In this document: positions 27,324-40,565 of the stretch, piece by piece
Position numbering within the stretch: position 1 is the first letter of the stretch
How the letters are laid out: every line of letters begins with the position of its first letter
Assembly: GCA_037379345.1 (NCBI GenBank)
Contig: CM074516.1
Location: forward strand, 49,761,626-49,825,625
Reading direction: 5' to 3'
DNA from: Perna viridis
Taxonomy: Eukaryota
Length of the DNA stretch: 64,000 nucleotides
The notes under the pieces: model-generated
Database searches by the model: none
What the model saw: only the letters and a program-made list of their open reading frames with translations
Told to the model about the DNA's origin: nothing
Made by a program: the position numbers and the translations under genes

Positions 27324-27788
27324 GGTCTCAGTCTTGTATTCTTTGCCCCATAGGCTTCTATAGTATACCTTAAATTTTCATGATTTTTTAAAAAATACAC
27401 AAGGAGTTTCAATGTAACTTTTAACCATGTTTTTCAGTAAAGGAAATGTCAAAAATAATTTTTAGGTCCATTTTAGAAAAAAAGGCATGAACTTTGGTAC
27501 ACCAGGACAGGTCAAACTAAAAATAGACTTTTCTGCTTTCACTTTTATTTTGAGTTCATAAAATAGACCCCTTTTCTGAAGCATTATTTTTCATGAAAAT
27601 ACTGTTTTTCCTCAAAAACAAGTTTCTTCTGTCATAGCTTGATATTTACCCTGTACTTTTGAAGAAAAATGATAGCCATTTGCCAAGAAACAAAAACAGG
27701 AATAGGCAAAAAGGAAGCACACTATATCTTTTAGCTTCCATGTTTTAATGTACACCCGCTCAGGAATATGTAATACAAGTCTGATACC
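27324..27788. mobile_element. 465-bp Kolobok-like MITE or solo long direct repeat, copy 2
   Basis: Diverged co-linear homologue of 26309-26779. TIRs GGTCTCAGTCTTGTATT / AATACAAGTCTGATACC. AAGA on both flanks (27320-27323, 27789-27792). Confidence 0.75.
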
Positions 27789-28453
27789 AAGAGATCTGAA
27801 CAGCGAGTAATGGAAAGATGCATTCATGGTTCTGCATCATTGTGTTTGATTCTGGTCTTAAAACTATTATAAACAAATTTATAAAGGCCCAAACTGATTC
27901 TATGATAGGCCAGGCTATATCTGATTAATTAGATCTGGATCCATTAATAGAAAAAATATATGGAAATAGTGCTTACATTCATGGACAGGGCCACAGTATG
28001 ATTCATTCTTCCACAGAAGTGGCAACTGATTTGCCTATGGGTATATACCTATACATTTACTGTTTGAAAAATAATGAAAAGAATGTTCAACTCTGTTTTT
28101 GTTTAATATTTAGGAAAAAGTGGAAAAAAAGAAGGCAGAATGGTTGAAACAAAGTCAGACAGAAAGAAAACAACACAATTTCAAATGCACAAACACAAAC
28201 GCAACCTATTTTGTCTTAAAACCATAATAAATACATTCAGAAAAGTGTTATCTTTAACAAAATCTTTAAAAAAAAAATCTTAAAAAAAAAATTTCTAAAA
28301 TGTCTCTCTTTTTTTTCTGTCCTACTCATGACTTTAGTGAAATAATTTTGTAAAACTAAACATTAAAAAACAGTAGCCTAAAGTTTTGTAAGGGCTAAAT
28401 CATCTTATCAATTTTACTGAAGTGAGGAGAAAACAAAGGTATAAGAAGTACAA

Positions 28454-29990
28454 TATATCATCAGCCATTCTACAGACCAGTTTACTACCTAACCTGTTTA
28501 GTAGGTTACAAGGTATAGAACAGCTAATGACCAGTTTACTGCCTAACATGTTTAGTAGGATACACGGTATAGAACAGCTAATGACCAGTTTACTACCTAA
28601 CATGTTAAGTAGGATACACGGTATAGAACAGCTAATGACCAGTTTACTACCTAACATGTTAAGTAGGATACACAGTATAGAACAGCTAATAACCAGTTTA
28701 CTGCCTAACATGTTTAGTAGGATACAAGGTATAGAACAGCTAATGACCAGTTTACTACCTAACATGTTTAGTAGGATACACGGTATAGAACAGCTAATGA
28801 CCAGTTTACTACCTAACCTGTTTAGTAGGATACACGGTATAGAACAGCTAATGACCAGTTTACTACCTATCATGTTAAGTAGGATACACAGTATAGAACA
28901 GCTAATGACCAGTTTACTACCTAACATGTTTAGTAGGATACACAGTATAGAACAGCTACTGACCAGTTTACTGCCTAACATGTTTAGTAGGATACACGGT
29001 ATAGAACAGCTACTGACCAGTTTACTACCTAACATGTTTAGTACGATACACGGTATAGAACAGCTAATGACCAGTTTACTACCTAACATGTTTAGTACGA
29101 TACACGGTATAGAACAGCTAATGACCAGTTTACTACCTAACATGTTTAGTACGATACACGGTATAGAACAGCTAATGACCAGTTTACTACCTAACATGTT
29201 TAGTACGATACACGGTATAGAACAGCTAATGACCAGTTTACTACCTAACATGTTTAGTAGGATACACAGTATAGAACAGCTAATGACCAGTTTACTACCT
29301 AACATGTTAAGTAGGATACACGGTATAGAACAGCTAATGACCAGTTTACTACCTAACATGTTAAGTAGGATACAAGGTATAGAACAGCTAATAACCAGTT
29401 TACTACCTAACATGTTAAGTAGGATACACAGTATAGAACAGCTAATGACCAGTTTACTACCTAACATGTTTAGTAGGATACAAGATATAGAACAGCTAAT
29501 GACCAGTTTACTACCTAACATGTTGAGTAGGATACACGGTATAGAACAGCTAATGACCAGTTTACTACCTAACATGTTAAGTAGGATACACGGTATAGAA
29601 CAGCTAATGACCAGTTTACTACCTAACATGTTAAGTAGGATACAAGGTATAGAACAGCTAATGACCAGTTTACTACCTAACATGTTAAGTAGGATACAAG
29701 GTATAGAACAGCTAATGACCAGTTTACTACCTAACATGTTAAGTAGGATACAAGGTATAGAACAGCTAATGACCAGTTTACTACCTAACATGTTAAGTAG
29801 GATACACAGTATAGAACAGCTAATGACCAGTTTACTACCTAACATGTTAAGTAGGATACAAGGTATAGAACAGCTAATGACCAGTTTACTACCTAACATG
29901 TTAAGTAGGATACACAGTATAGAACAGCTAATGACCAGTTTACTACCTAACATGTTTAGTAGGATACATGTTGTAGAACAGCTAATGATC
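28454..29990. repeat. 54-bp minisatellite x~28
   Basis: GACCAGTTTACTACCTAACATGTTWAGTAGGATACACGGTATAGAACAGCTAAT repeated with no indels. Confidence 0.97.
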
Positions 29991-30461
29991 TATTACTAAA
30001 GAGCAAATGGTAATTGTTACCCATCAGAGAAAGTTGCTGTTTGATATTAGTTTGAAATTTCTGATCTCTCAAGCAGAATAGTTTATGGTGCTAATTACAG
30101 AGTTAATATCTTAAAGGGTATTTGTGAGAAGAATGGAAGCAGATTGTATGGATCTATAACATGTTATCTGGCATTTTATTCAGCTTTTACGTCAAATTGA
30201 CATCCTGTTGATCTTGTCGGCAGAATGGTAGCTTTCCTTGAATAACTTTAAATATTGTATTAAACTTGTTGGTTGAGATTGTTATATCTCTGTAATTGTT
30301 TATTTTAAGTTTGCAATTATGAGTTTATAGGGACTTCCTATATAAACAGATGCTCTGAAACATAAATTGCTCAAGATGGTTCTGACTTTTGAAAAGTGGC
30401 GGATTTAGGTTAAGACATATGCAGTGAGGAAGTGATTGTTTGAAGTTCAAATACAGACTCA

Positions 30462-30816
30462 GAGTCACAGTGTGTATCACCTGTTAGCAGAGACATCAGT
30501 AATATTTCACAGTCACAGTGTGCATCACCAGAGACATCAGCAATATATCACAGTCAGAGTGTGTATCACCTGGTAGCAGAGACTTCAGCAATATATCACA
30601 GTCAGAGTGTGTATCATCTGTTAGCAGAGACTTCAGCAATATATCACAGTTGCAGTGTGTATCACCTGTTAGCAGAGACATCAGCAATATATCACAGAGT
30701 GTGTATCACTAGCAGAGACATCAGCAATATATCACAGTCACAGTGTGTATCACCTGTTAGCAAAGACATCAGCAATATATCACAGTCACAGTGTGTATCA
30801 CTAGCAGAGACATCAG
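30462..30816. repeat. 48-bp (40-44-bp variants) minisatellite x~8
   Basis: AGTCACAGTGTGTATCACCTGTTAGCAGAGACATCAGCAATATATCAC repeated. Confidence 0.92.
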
Positions 30817-32049
30817 ATGACATAGGTCCATTTTCCATTAAGAGTACCAATAGCTCTGTCCATCATAGGAAAACCTTAAATCATGTAAAGTATTGAGACT
30901 AAAGTTCAAACTGATATCTACAGAGTTCAGTGTCATTTTTTTTCCTTTTGTCTTTCAAACACATGTAAATATCAACATTTAACACTAATGTGAACCTCAG
31001 AACATGTGAAATTAACCATCTGTACACATGTATCTCATGTTATTGAATTATATCTTAGTACATATGTTAATCATAATTATGAAATTGTTCCTTAGTACAA
31101 ATGTACATTACATTAATTATGAATATTGTATATGGTAGATCCTTTAAGCTTTGAAGTATTTTTTTCTGGCTATTTCCGAAAATTGCTTGCCAGGAAGTCA
31201 GTATCTTCAGCATGCAAGAATACAATTTCCCATTTCCATTTTTGTTGATTAATTATTCCTTCAAGACTCTTTTTGACATCCTGAAATCCTACAATTCACT
31301 TTGATATAGAAATGTCAGTCTAAGTGACTCAGAAATAATAAAAAAACATGTCAATTTTTAATTTACTGTGGTAATCTAAGATAACGTACTCCAAAGTTTT
31401 GTTACTGTAATCATTGATAAAAAACCTTTAGTGTAGGCAGCCTGTAATCTGACTTAATATTAGTTGTTCTGTCAGGAGGATGTATATATTTTAGTAATGA
31501 TAAAATGATTGGTCAGCATTCTATAGTACAGATAAGGTCTTTTCAGTAATATATTTTGTTGGAGAGTTTACCAGATCCATTCAATCCATCAATACCATCT
31601 ATGTAATATTTCTTTTAGCTCTGGATCAGTCAGATAGATGAGTCTTGAGTTAGATAGATAAATCTTGAGTCAGATGGACCAGTCTTGATTTATAACTGTT
31701 TGACATTTGGTTTTAAGCCTTTATTGCCTATCTGATTGACAATTCATTGATTTTCAGTGACATAGCTATGATTTTGCTATGACAATTCATAAAGGTGTTT
31801 CAAGGTAAAGTCATCATTTTCACACTTAATTCAATTTAGCTTCACTCTACAGCAAAGTTGCCAACTTCCTGGTTGTCTCAAGTCGTTTTTTTCCCTGTAA
31901 AATTTCAACCAATTTAATGTCTAACACGTCAAGAAATTTTAGTGGTAAAAACATATTAAAATCTTTTACACTTCCTGTTCCGTGATCACAGGTGTTAGGA
32001 GAATGATTAGTTTTAGGAAATGTGCTATAACATGGAACAACCAGACATT

Positions 32050-32305
32050 TAGACTGATAATAATGTTATATGCTGTGTTTGTTTATCTCTTATCCTACCG
32101 GTGCACCTGGTGCATGCTCCCAGACAGATAATAATGTTATATACTGCGCTTGTTTATCTCTTACCCTACCAGTGCACCTGGTCCATGCTTCCAGACAGAT
32201 AATAATGTTAAATACTGTGCTTATTTATCTCTTACCCTACCGGTGCACTTGGTCCATGCTCCCAGACAGATAATAATGTTGTATACTGTGCTTGTTTATC
32301 TCTTC
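32050..32305. repeat. 71-bp tandem repeat x~3.5 containing a 35-bp piece of the 12208/21920 element
   Basis: ATAATAATGTT recurs every 71 bp (32057, 32128, 32199, 32270). Each unit carries TTACCCTACCGGTGCACCTGGTCCATGCTCCCAG. Confidence 0.88.
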
Positions 32306-32592
32306 TCTGTAATTCAATTTTAATTTTATGGCTAATTTCTGGAGAAAATAGTATTTGACATCTGAAGAATTATTAAATAAATCTTTGTATGGTTTCAGTT
32401 TAAATACAGATTTTAAGGAAAAATGAACAAATGAATTTCTTTACCCTTTGACATTTGTAGAGAGAAAATTGTGCCAGATGATGACTGACATTTTATCTGA
32501 TTAGACTTTCTGTGACATTTTCATTAATTTCAAACCAATCTTTGTCAACTATGAGATGACATTTTTATTATACTAGTAGTTTACACTGTTGA

Positions 32593-32717
32593 AATAGGTT
32601 TAAGGAAGAAGATAGATCCTCAAAGTATGGTAGAATAGGTTTAAGGAGGAAGATATACCCTCAAAATATGGTAGAATAGGTTTAAAGAGGAAGATATACC
32701 CTCAAAGTATGGTAGAT
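32593..32717. repeat. ~41-bp tandem repeat x3
   Basis: AATAGGTTTAAGGAGGAAGATATACCCTCAAAGTATGGTAG repeated. Confidence 0.85.
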
Positions 32718-32959
32718 CCACAAAACATTGACTTCCAATCAAAACGTAACCTATGACATAAATGTATGTACCTTGATTGGTCACAGGTTGACTTTGTGTT
32801 CTGCTTTCCTGATGATTTTGCTAAATAATTTGCATTTAACTTCTTATTCCGTGAAATAACCCTCCTACACTCCTTAATGAATTATAGATCAGGTTTACAT
32901 TTGTTTCAATCATATGATATATAATGACTGCCAAATTGGCTTTGAAATTTCCTTAAGTT

Positions 32960-33507
32960 TGTCCCCTGCCTTTTGAGATACTTTTGAAAGCCTTCATAGA
33001 CTTTCATCAACTTTACACAGTTAAAGGCTTATGAGGTAAGGAAGTGGGCTCAGTAGGTCAAAGGTCAAGGTCACGTTTTAATGAAAAATAATTTTTTTAG
33101 CTGAAAATTGGTTTCTTGGGTATAACTTTTTAAACACCTTCATAGACTTTCATCAATCTGACATGGTTTGAAGTTTATGAGGTAAGAAAGACACCTATTG
33201 GTTTTGGGGTCAGTTTGTCGAAGTTCAAGGTCACATGTTCTTACTGAAATAAAGTGTTTGGGCTGAAAACTGAAATCTAGAGCATTACTTTCGATACCTT
33301 CATCAAACTTGGACAGTTGAAGGCTTATAATGTTAGAGGTAAGGAAGATGCCTTTTGATTTTGGGGTCAGTAGGTCAAAGGTCAAGGTATCACATACTTA
33401 AGGAAATAGAATTTTTTGGCCTAAAATTGGTTTCTTTTCATTACTAATTTTCCATGAAATATCACTTTTGCTGTTAAGCGGGGGACATAGAGTACTGCTC
33501 TTGTTTG
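32960..33507 (+). mobile_element. HINE-like element with internal ~145-160-bp tandem units
   Basis: Repeated CCTTCAT..ACTT..GAGGTAAGGAAGA..GGGGTCAGTAGGTCAAAGGTCAAGGTCAC units. The 3' end reads GCGGGGGACAT-AGAGTACTGCTCT-TGTT. Confidence 0.65.
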
Positions 33508-36500
33508 TGTAGCGTTGTGACAAGTAATTTTGACCAGTTTTTTTTTTAAGTCTGTGATTTAAAAGTTCCATTTTAGTACTTCAGACAGACTATTTGTTTC
33601 TAAAATCATATTCACACTAAGGAAACCAATACTTAAATCAGAGATCCACCAAGCCCTGACTGTTCAAGGTTAGACATATATGTTATTATCATTGTGTCTT
33701 TCTGACATATCAAGTTTAGTTTTGGTTTTTATTTATTGATTGTGGCATGACCATTTCTCCAAAATCATACAGGATATTGACTTAGTCACTATGTACTGAT
33801 ACCTTGTCATGAATTGAGCATTCAAGGCTTTCATGGTTTTGGTCATATTAATAAGGGATTATCAAGCTTCAGTAAAAGGTTTTGTAATATTAGAAAGAGA
33901 AACCAATTTTATCTTCAAAGACTGGAGCAAGGATAAAACCTAGGAATAATTCCTGTAGGTAAATAATTGTTAGCATCAAAGTTTGATCTATTAATAATAC
34001 TTTGGCTGCAGGAATCTGATATTAAGCTTTTAAGGAGTTTCTTTGTCTGACATTTCTAGAATTCTTCACAAGTCTAGCCAGTATTAAAGGTTTATGGAGT
34101 CAAAAATTTCTAGAATTCTTCACATGTCTAGCTAGTGGTAAAGGTTTATGGAGTCAAACATTTCTAGTATTTTTTTGCAGGTCTAGCCAGTATAAACTAC
34201 CAGTATTCCATATGTTGCTTAATTAGTGTGACAATATTATTTTAATGTGATTAGAATAATGAATTAGACATTATGTAACTGTTCACTATTGTTCTTTGTG
34301 TGTTCTAGCTGTTTAATGGTTAGAAATAAGTGTACTCAGGATTTATTATCTAAGCTACTTAGCTATATAAATCATAATCAGATTGAAATTTCATCTAAAA
34401 AGAATATATTTTCTTTACTTCTGAGCAAAAAAAAAATGGCTATGAATTAACCTGAGTTGTTAGTGCCAATCTATTTCTTAAGATAGAAGATGAATTCTCT
34501 TGTAATTACTGGATATTATCAGATATACTAATTATTACAAAAGAAGGCTTGAATTGTTGAGATACCACTTTATTTTACTCAATATACACAGATGTAATTC
34601 AGTATTGTTGAAATATTACGATACTTTTGTCAGATTTGATACAACATAGATGATTATGATGGTGTCCTACAGTAAGTACTTTAAGTAAAGATTAGGGATG
34701 TCTATGAAATTTTATCACAAGATAATGTGAAGGAAAAATTCTCTCAAAGCAGTTTAACTGCATGAGTGAAGGTGTCTGTTTAAATGACCATAGAAATTAA
34801 GCCCATTGTTCTGAATTCCCTAGAGGAGTTCACTTAGCAAAATTGCTTTTCCAGTTCAACAAGGTCAGAAGTCACAGTCAACAGACTGTAAATATTGTAT
34901 AAGTTGCTAACTTCTTGACTCATTTCAATGAGGTTTCCTTTAAAGTTTTATTTGTATTCAGATTCCTTGATATGCTGCCATGCTCCAAAAGATAGGGGGT
35001 ATGCTGTTTTACTCTTGTCCGTGCATCTGTGTTTCTGTGCATCTGTGTTTCTGTGTTTCTGTGTGTCTATGTGTCTGGGATCCATTCTCCCTGTAGGTAT
35101 GCCTAATAGTGGGATAAATGTTTTGAGAAATTTGACAACTTTCTGTTCACTGAGGACTTTTAAATTTTCAAATTTAGAGCTGTTATTTATAAACCAGCAC
35201 CATTAGAAAGTTGTATTTAACTCTTGTCCTATTTAGTTCTTTGCAACATTTGTCTGTTCATCAGTTCATTCATCCATGTCATTAAGAACTGCTTTGGAAT
35301 TTCAAATTAGTATGGGATCATAAAATGCCTGTGATTAATAGATAAAGAATAATTGTATAGTTCAGATGGCTTATGGATTGATTGATTTTGTTCAGATATA
35401 AATCTCTCTTATATCATGATGTTAATTTAAAACCACTTTGGTTAACAGATAAAAGAACACAAAAAGCAATATAACATTAGCACAGAATAAAACTTGTTGA
35501 TAAGATACTGTTGGTTCACTTTGTACAAAACTGGCAGTCATAAAATGTGTCCATTACTGTTCCAGTGGAAATGTGTTCATGACTGTTCCTGTGGCAATGT
35601 GTTCATTACTGTTCCTGTGGCAATTTATGGTAAAGCATGTTATCAGTATCCATGCTAGCAACAAAACCTGATATGACTGGTTCATCAGGAAAACTTCCCT
35701 CAACTGAACACTACACAAATATAGTCCATATGTAATTCCTGTTTTATATCACTCAATACTTCTTTTAAAATCAATTAATTTGTTTCAGGCAATTAATATT
35801 CAGCTAAAATATATTCTATTACTGCTGCATATATTAAGATCTTGTCTATAATCAAATAAAGAGTTGAGGGACTTCTTTTGTTCTCTCCTTGAAGAATTTT
35901 TAGTAATAAATTTGCATTTAGGTAAATTTAGTTTTTGCAGGATGTGTCAAGAAGCATTAAATATGTTAAGCGTGATCAGTCAAAATCTTTGTCCTTTCAT
36001 CAATATTTTATGATTAATATACAGAAAGTTAAGAGCAGTTATTTCAACCAAATTAAATTTTTGGAAAAATTCAAATTGATAAAAATTGTTTTTTTTTTTT
36101 TTTTTTTGAAAATCTTGGAAATTAATTTCTTTAGCTGAAATTGGTTTTGTCTGAGTATAATCCTTAGATAGTTATAATTACATATGAATTTATAAGTTCA
36201 AATTCGTATATAACAATTGGAGTAAAGGAATAATTACTTTGAGTTTTTTTTATGTAATTGCAAATTAATTTATGGACGGGTTTGAAAATTTGTGAAATAC
36301 ACTACACTCAGCGACTTATGTTTCTCTAACACTTAAGTTTGAGTTTTAAATCTGTGTTAGTCTCATTCAGACTTTTTCGCGGTGAAATGTGAGTGTTACA
36401 ACTACTCATCTGGGACATTGTATATCCTGGTTGTTAATTGTGTAGGGAGAATCACTGACCTGGGTGATTTTCAATGTATGGTGTGAGTTTTTTTCAGATG

Positions 36501-38171
36501 CACATTTACTCCATAACCACCCTTTTAAATGTTTATACAAATATGTGATCAACCCCTGGGACATAGATGTGGGGACTTGTAATTCATTTCTTTTATTTCT
36601 GGAAAAGCTGCTCAATTATTAAAACTATCAGAAACTAAAAGTGTCACCAAACTGCTTTTACAAGTCTGTCACTCGAATCAAATTATCATAATCAATACTT
36701 TCAAAGTGTTTTATTTATAATTATTAAAAGTAATTATCAATTTATATGTGCAAAATTAAAATATCAAAAGAAAAAAAAAATGTCTACATGATGTCTCCCG
36801 CTTATTGGGCGTAGCTGTAAATAAAAAATAACATATCAACAAATGATAAACTTGTACAAATTATAAACAAAATTTGATGATGCAGAATTTTTAATGACAT
36901 GACTAAATTTTTATCTTAACTGGAGTGCTCCAAATTACCTGAGAAACAGAAACAGAATATACATCATATCTTACAATGAATTCCCTGTTATGCCTTATTG
37001 AATTTTACGACTATTACAATATACAAATGGTCAGTGTTGGCTAGATGGAATCTGGGTGGTAAATACTCATTATGTTGGTGTAGCACCGAGTTTCACTCAG
37101 GTTGGAAATTGAAACAAAATTCTTAAAAATACATATATTTGTAAAGTTGAATACTGTTTAACTCTTGATCGAAAGATTGACAGTCAGTTTATACATATTA
37201 GAAAAGAAAAAGAATTCTGTATAATATAGGAAATACAAATTTATGATTACAGGATTACATATATTTAAATCATTCTGTTCATGCTGTAATTTTCACAAGG
37301 ATGAAAACCTCCAGTGCTAAAGCACTTTGATTTCACTTCATTTCTTGTAGCAAATAGTAAAATATTTCATTTCAACAGAAAATCATTCATTTTATAAGTC
37401 ATTTATGTGGAATCCAGGTTGTTGTATAACCAATATTCTGTAAATATGATGAACTATATGGTAATCATAAATCTCTCTCCACATTTCCTGTGGATTCAAT
37501 TTGTTTTGCTGTCAGTAAAACACAACCTCTTTTGCTCTACTGTGTTCTATGGTGATGTTTACAATGTTTTGGTTGGAAGGAATTCTATTAAGTTTGATGT
37601 TATACTTCTGTCTAATCAAGTAAACAAAATGGTTAAAGTGCAGAGTAATGTTGAGCTACTACAGTACCTGAGTTATGTTCTTACAGGAGATGGTGACCTT
37701 TCTGCCATGATGTTATATGCCAGTAACAACTATATTTCACAGTATGTGAAGTGAATTGTTCTTTACTAGAGAAAATAAATAAGAAAAAAATCGTTCATCA
37801 TTATTTCACCTGCAAAATCATGATAATTTATTATTAACTCTTAGAAAAGATAATTGTTTTGACAGTGCCATGATGATGTCAATGATATAACTCGGTACAT
37901 GGAGAACAGATCATATTTAACCTCTCAGATTACATGATAGATTAGTTCAGAAAATAGCTTTACTTGTGTCTGTGAAATAATTTGCCTTTAAAATGTTACA
38001 CAAGGGAGATAACCTTCAGTAAGATTCCCACACATAATATAGAGTATATCATTGTTGGCTTACAACAGATCATCTTCTGTGAATAGTTGTGAGAAATCAT
38101 TGTCCTGGTCTTAACACCTGTCAATTTCATTTATCATCTTTTAAGAAGTACTTAATACAGAATGCCTCTTT

Positions 38172-38480
38172 CCACCTCAGTGGTCTAAGTTGGGTCTCAG
38201 GGTAGCCACTGCTTCCCTCAAGTGAAGAATGTCATGGGACCCCAAAGACTTCAGAATTGGTAGTCACTGCTTCTTCCTAAGCACATGATATTGAGTGATG
38301 ACTGGTCAGAAGAAATGGGGTGACATGCATGCCTTTTGTTAGATAGTACAATAAAAATTTCGCTCAGCATGTCAGATTAGTAAGAGGCAAGGTCTGATTG
38401 ATCTGTAAATCGTCTAGTTTTGAAATGCATGAAATATTTGCCATATGACATTAACCATTATCAATCAATCAATCAATCAA
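38172..38480 (+). mobile_element. Degenerate tRNA-headed MetaSINE-like SINE with (CAAT)n tail
   Basis: A-box-like CAGTGGTCT; core CCAAAGACTT..AATTGGTAGT..CTGCTTCTT.CTAAGCAC; AGTACAATAAAAAT..CTCAGCATG; tail GAAATATTTGCC..GACATTAA followed by (TCAA)n. Confidence 0.65.
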
Positions 38481-39319
38481 GCAGAATTCCTTTTTAAGAC
38501 TGAAATGAATTTTAAATTTTCACATCATGGAATTCTTGTTCTCTGAAAGGTGTAACAATTGCTTTGATTGAATTCATGAAAATATCTAGATGAGTTGTGG
38601 TTTAAATTTTTTTCGGGTCAAATGAGTTTTGAGCTACTGTCCTTGTACATGTTTTGTCTGGAGTTGTTTAGGATGGCCTGAAGATATCTACACATGTTTT
38701 GTCTGGAGTTGTTTAGGATGGCCTGAAGATATCTACATATATATGCTTATTATTCCCCTTGCTCAAAAAGTGGGAGTGTATATAGTCATCATGCTGATTG
38801 TTAATCCATTTGTCCATCCATTTTTCAGTTGGGCAGTCTCCAGTTCTTATCTGCAACTATCAAACAGCTGAAGGAATTTGATGACATTTTCACACATTTT
38901 TTATCACATGATGCCATTGTAAATCTTTAATATGTTCTTCCATCTGAATGATTTTTTTGGATTTCCTATATGGTGTCAAAGGGGGGTGGGGGTAAGTTTT
39001 TCCAGTTTAACTTTGAAATAATCCCCATAGCCTACAAAACCAGACCATTTCAGTTTCTAAGATAATTCATGAAAGGTCATGGTCAAAATGGCTAAATTGT
39101 TATTCAGTGAGGTAATGCCACACTTTGTGTTCCTCTTGTTTTGTCTAATTTAAAATTTATTAGAGAGAAAAGAAACTAAATGCAATAGACGAAGTTTCTT
39201 TTTTGGAGTCTATAATTGATCTGTAAATATGATATGTCCCTAATGTTTTGTTTTACAGTTCCTCCAGTGTGACTGACAAAAAGAGTCCAACACCTAGCAA
39301 CAGTTCTGTTGATCTCAAA

Positions 39320-39551
39320 ATGGCAGGACAGAATCTTCTCCCAGCATTCCCTGCAGCTAACTCCCCTCAGAGGTTACAAGTCACTGGGAGGGCAAAGGTC
39401 GCACTTAAACCTGGTCATTCTCTGATGGATTGGATAAGACTTGGTCGAACTGATAATAACTTGAATGGACTTAAAGGGAAAACTATGGATGTTACAATGC
39501 AAGAATTAGCCAAACACAACACTCAGGAAGATGCATGGATAGCAATTAGAG
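39320..39551 (+). CDS. CYB5R4: Cytochrome b5 reductase 4 (NCB5OR), first identified coding exon (exon probably begins at 39259 or 39268)
   Basis: MAGQNLLPAFPAANSPQRLQVTGRAKVALKPGHSLMDWIRLG..ELAKHNTQEDAWIAIRG resembles the NCB5OR N-terminus (KVPLKQGRSLMDWIRL; ELKKHNKKDDCWICIRG). Donor G|GTACTG at 39552, phase 1. Confidence 0.93.
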
Positions 39552-39742
39552 GTACTGTATACACACAGAAGTAGATACGACTGGACGTCTGGTTTGATGG
39601 AAACTTATATTTTTATTGGATGGTATAAGGTTATACTACATTTGTAGTTGTTGTTACCTATTTGGTAAATATAGATTCAAATTAGTTTTGAAGTTCTCAT
39701 CTTCTCTATTTTCTTACTTGATAAAGTAAAGAGAAATTGAAT

Positions 39743-40565
39743 TTTAGAGTAAGTTAGTATGTGGTGACTTCATAATTTAGAGTGAGTTAGTATGTGGTGG
39801 TTTAATAATTTAGAGTAAGTTAGTATGTGGTGACATGATAATTTAGAGTGAGTTAGTATGTGGTGGTTTAATAATTTAGAGTAAGTTAGTATGTGGTGAC
39901 ATGATAATTTAGAGTGAGTTAGTATGTGGTGGTTTAATAATTTAGAATAAGTTAGTATGTGGTGACATGATAATTTAGAGTGAGTTAGTATGTGGTGTTT
40001 TAATAATTTAGAGTAAGTTAGTATGTGGTGACTTGATAATTTAGAGTGAGTTAGTATGTGGTGGTTTAATTATTTAGAGTAAGTTAGTATGTGGTGACTT
40101 GATAATTTAGAGTGAGTTAGTATGTGGTGGTTTAATAATTTAGAGTAAGTTAGTATGTGGTGACTTGATAATTTAGAGTGAGTTAGTATGTGGTGGTTTA
40201 ATAATTTAGAGTAAGTTAGTATGTGGTGACTTGATAATTTAGAGTGAGTTAGTATGTGGTGGTTTAATAATTTAGAGTAAGTTAGTATGTGGTGACATGA
40301 TAATTTAGAGTGAGTTAGTATGTGGTGGTTTAATTATTTAGAGTAAGTTAGTATGTGGTGACATGATAATTTAGAGTGAGTTAGTATATGGTGGTTTAAT
40401 TATTTAGAGTAAGTTTGTATGTGGTGATTTGATAATTTAGAGTGAGTTAGTATATGGTGGTTTAATTATTGAGTGAGTTAGTATGTGGTGGATTGATTAT
40501 TTCGAGTAAGTTAGTATGTGGTGGATTGATTATTTCGAGTAAGTTAGTGTGTGGTGGATTGATTA
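39743..40565. repeat. 33-bp minisatellite organised as a 66-bp A/B dimer
   Basis: Alternating AGAGTAAGTTAGTATGTGGTGACWTGATAATTT and AGAGTGAGTTAGTATGTGGTGGTTTAATAATTT. Confidence 0.95.

Larger units (their letters stand above)
26125..28378. mobile_element. Non-autonomous TIR element with TAA TSD (Zator- or PIF/Harbinger-like)
   Basis: TAA at 26122-26124 and 28379-28381. TIRs GGCCATTGGTTTTTTATTTTTAGTTTTAC / GTAAAACTAAACATTAAAAAACAGTAGCC. Confidence 0.7.

Noticed and set aside
26309-27788. A single LTR-like or paired-LDR element
   Set aside because: Each repeat has its own different 4-bp TSD, the copies are well diverged, and the 545-bp interior is non-coding.
28400-29999. 517-aa and 525-aa ORFs on opposite strands
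   Set aside because: They are translations of a 54-bp (18-codon) minisatellite, with no non-repeat domain or splice context.
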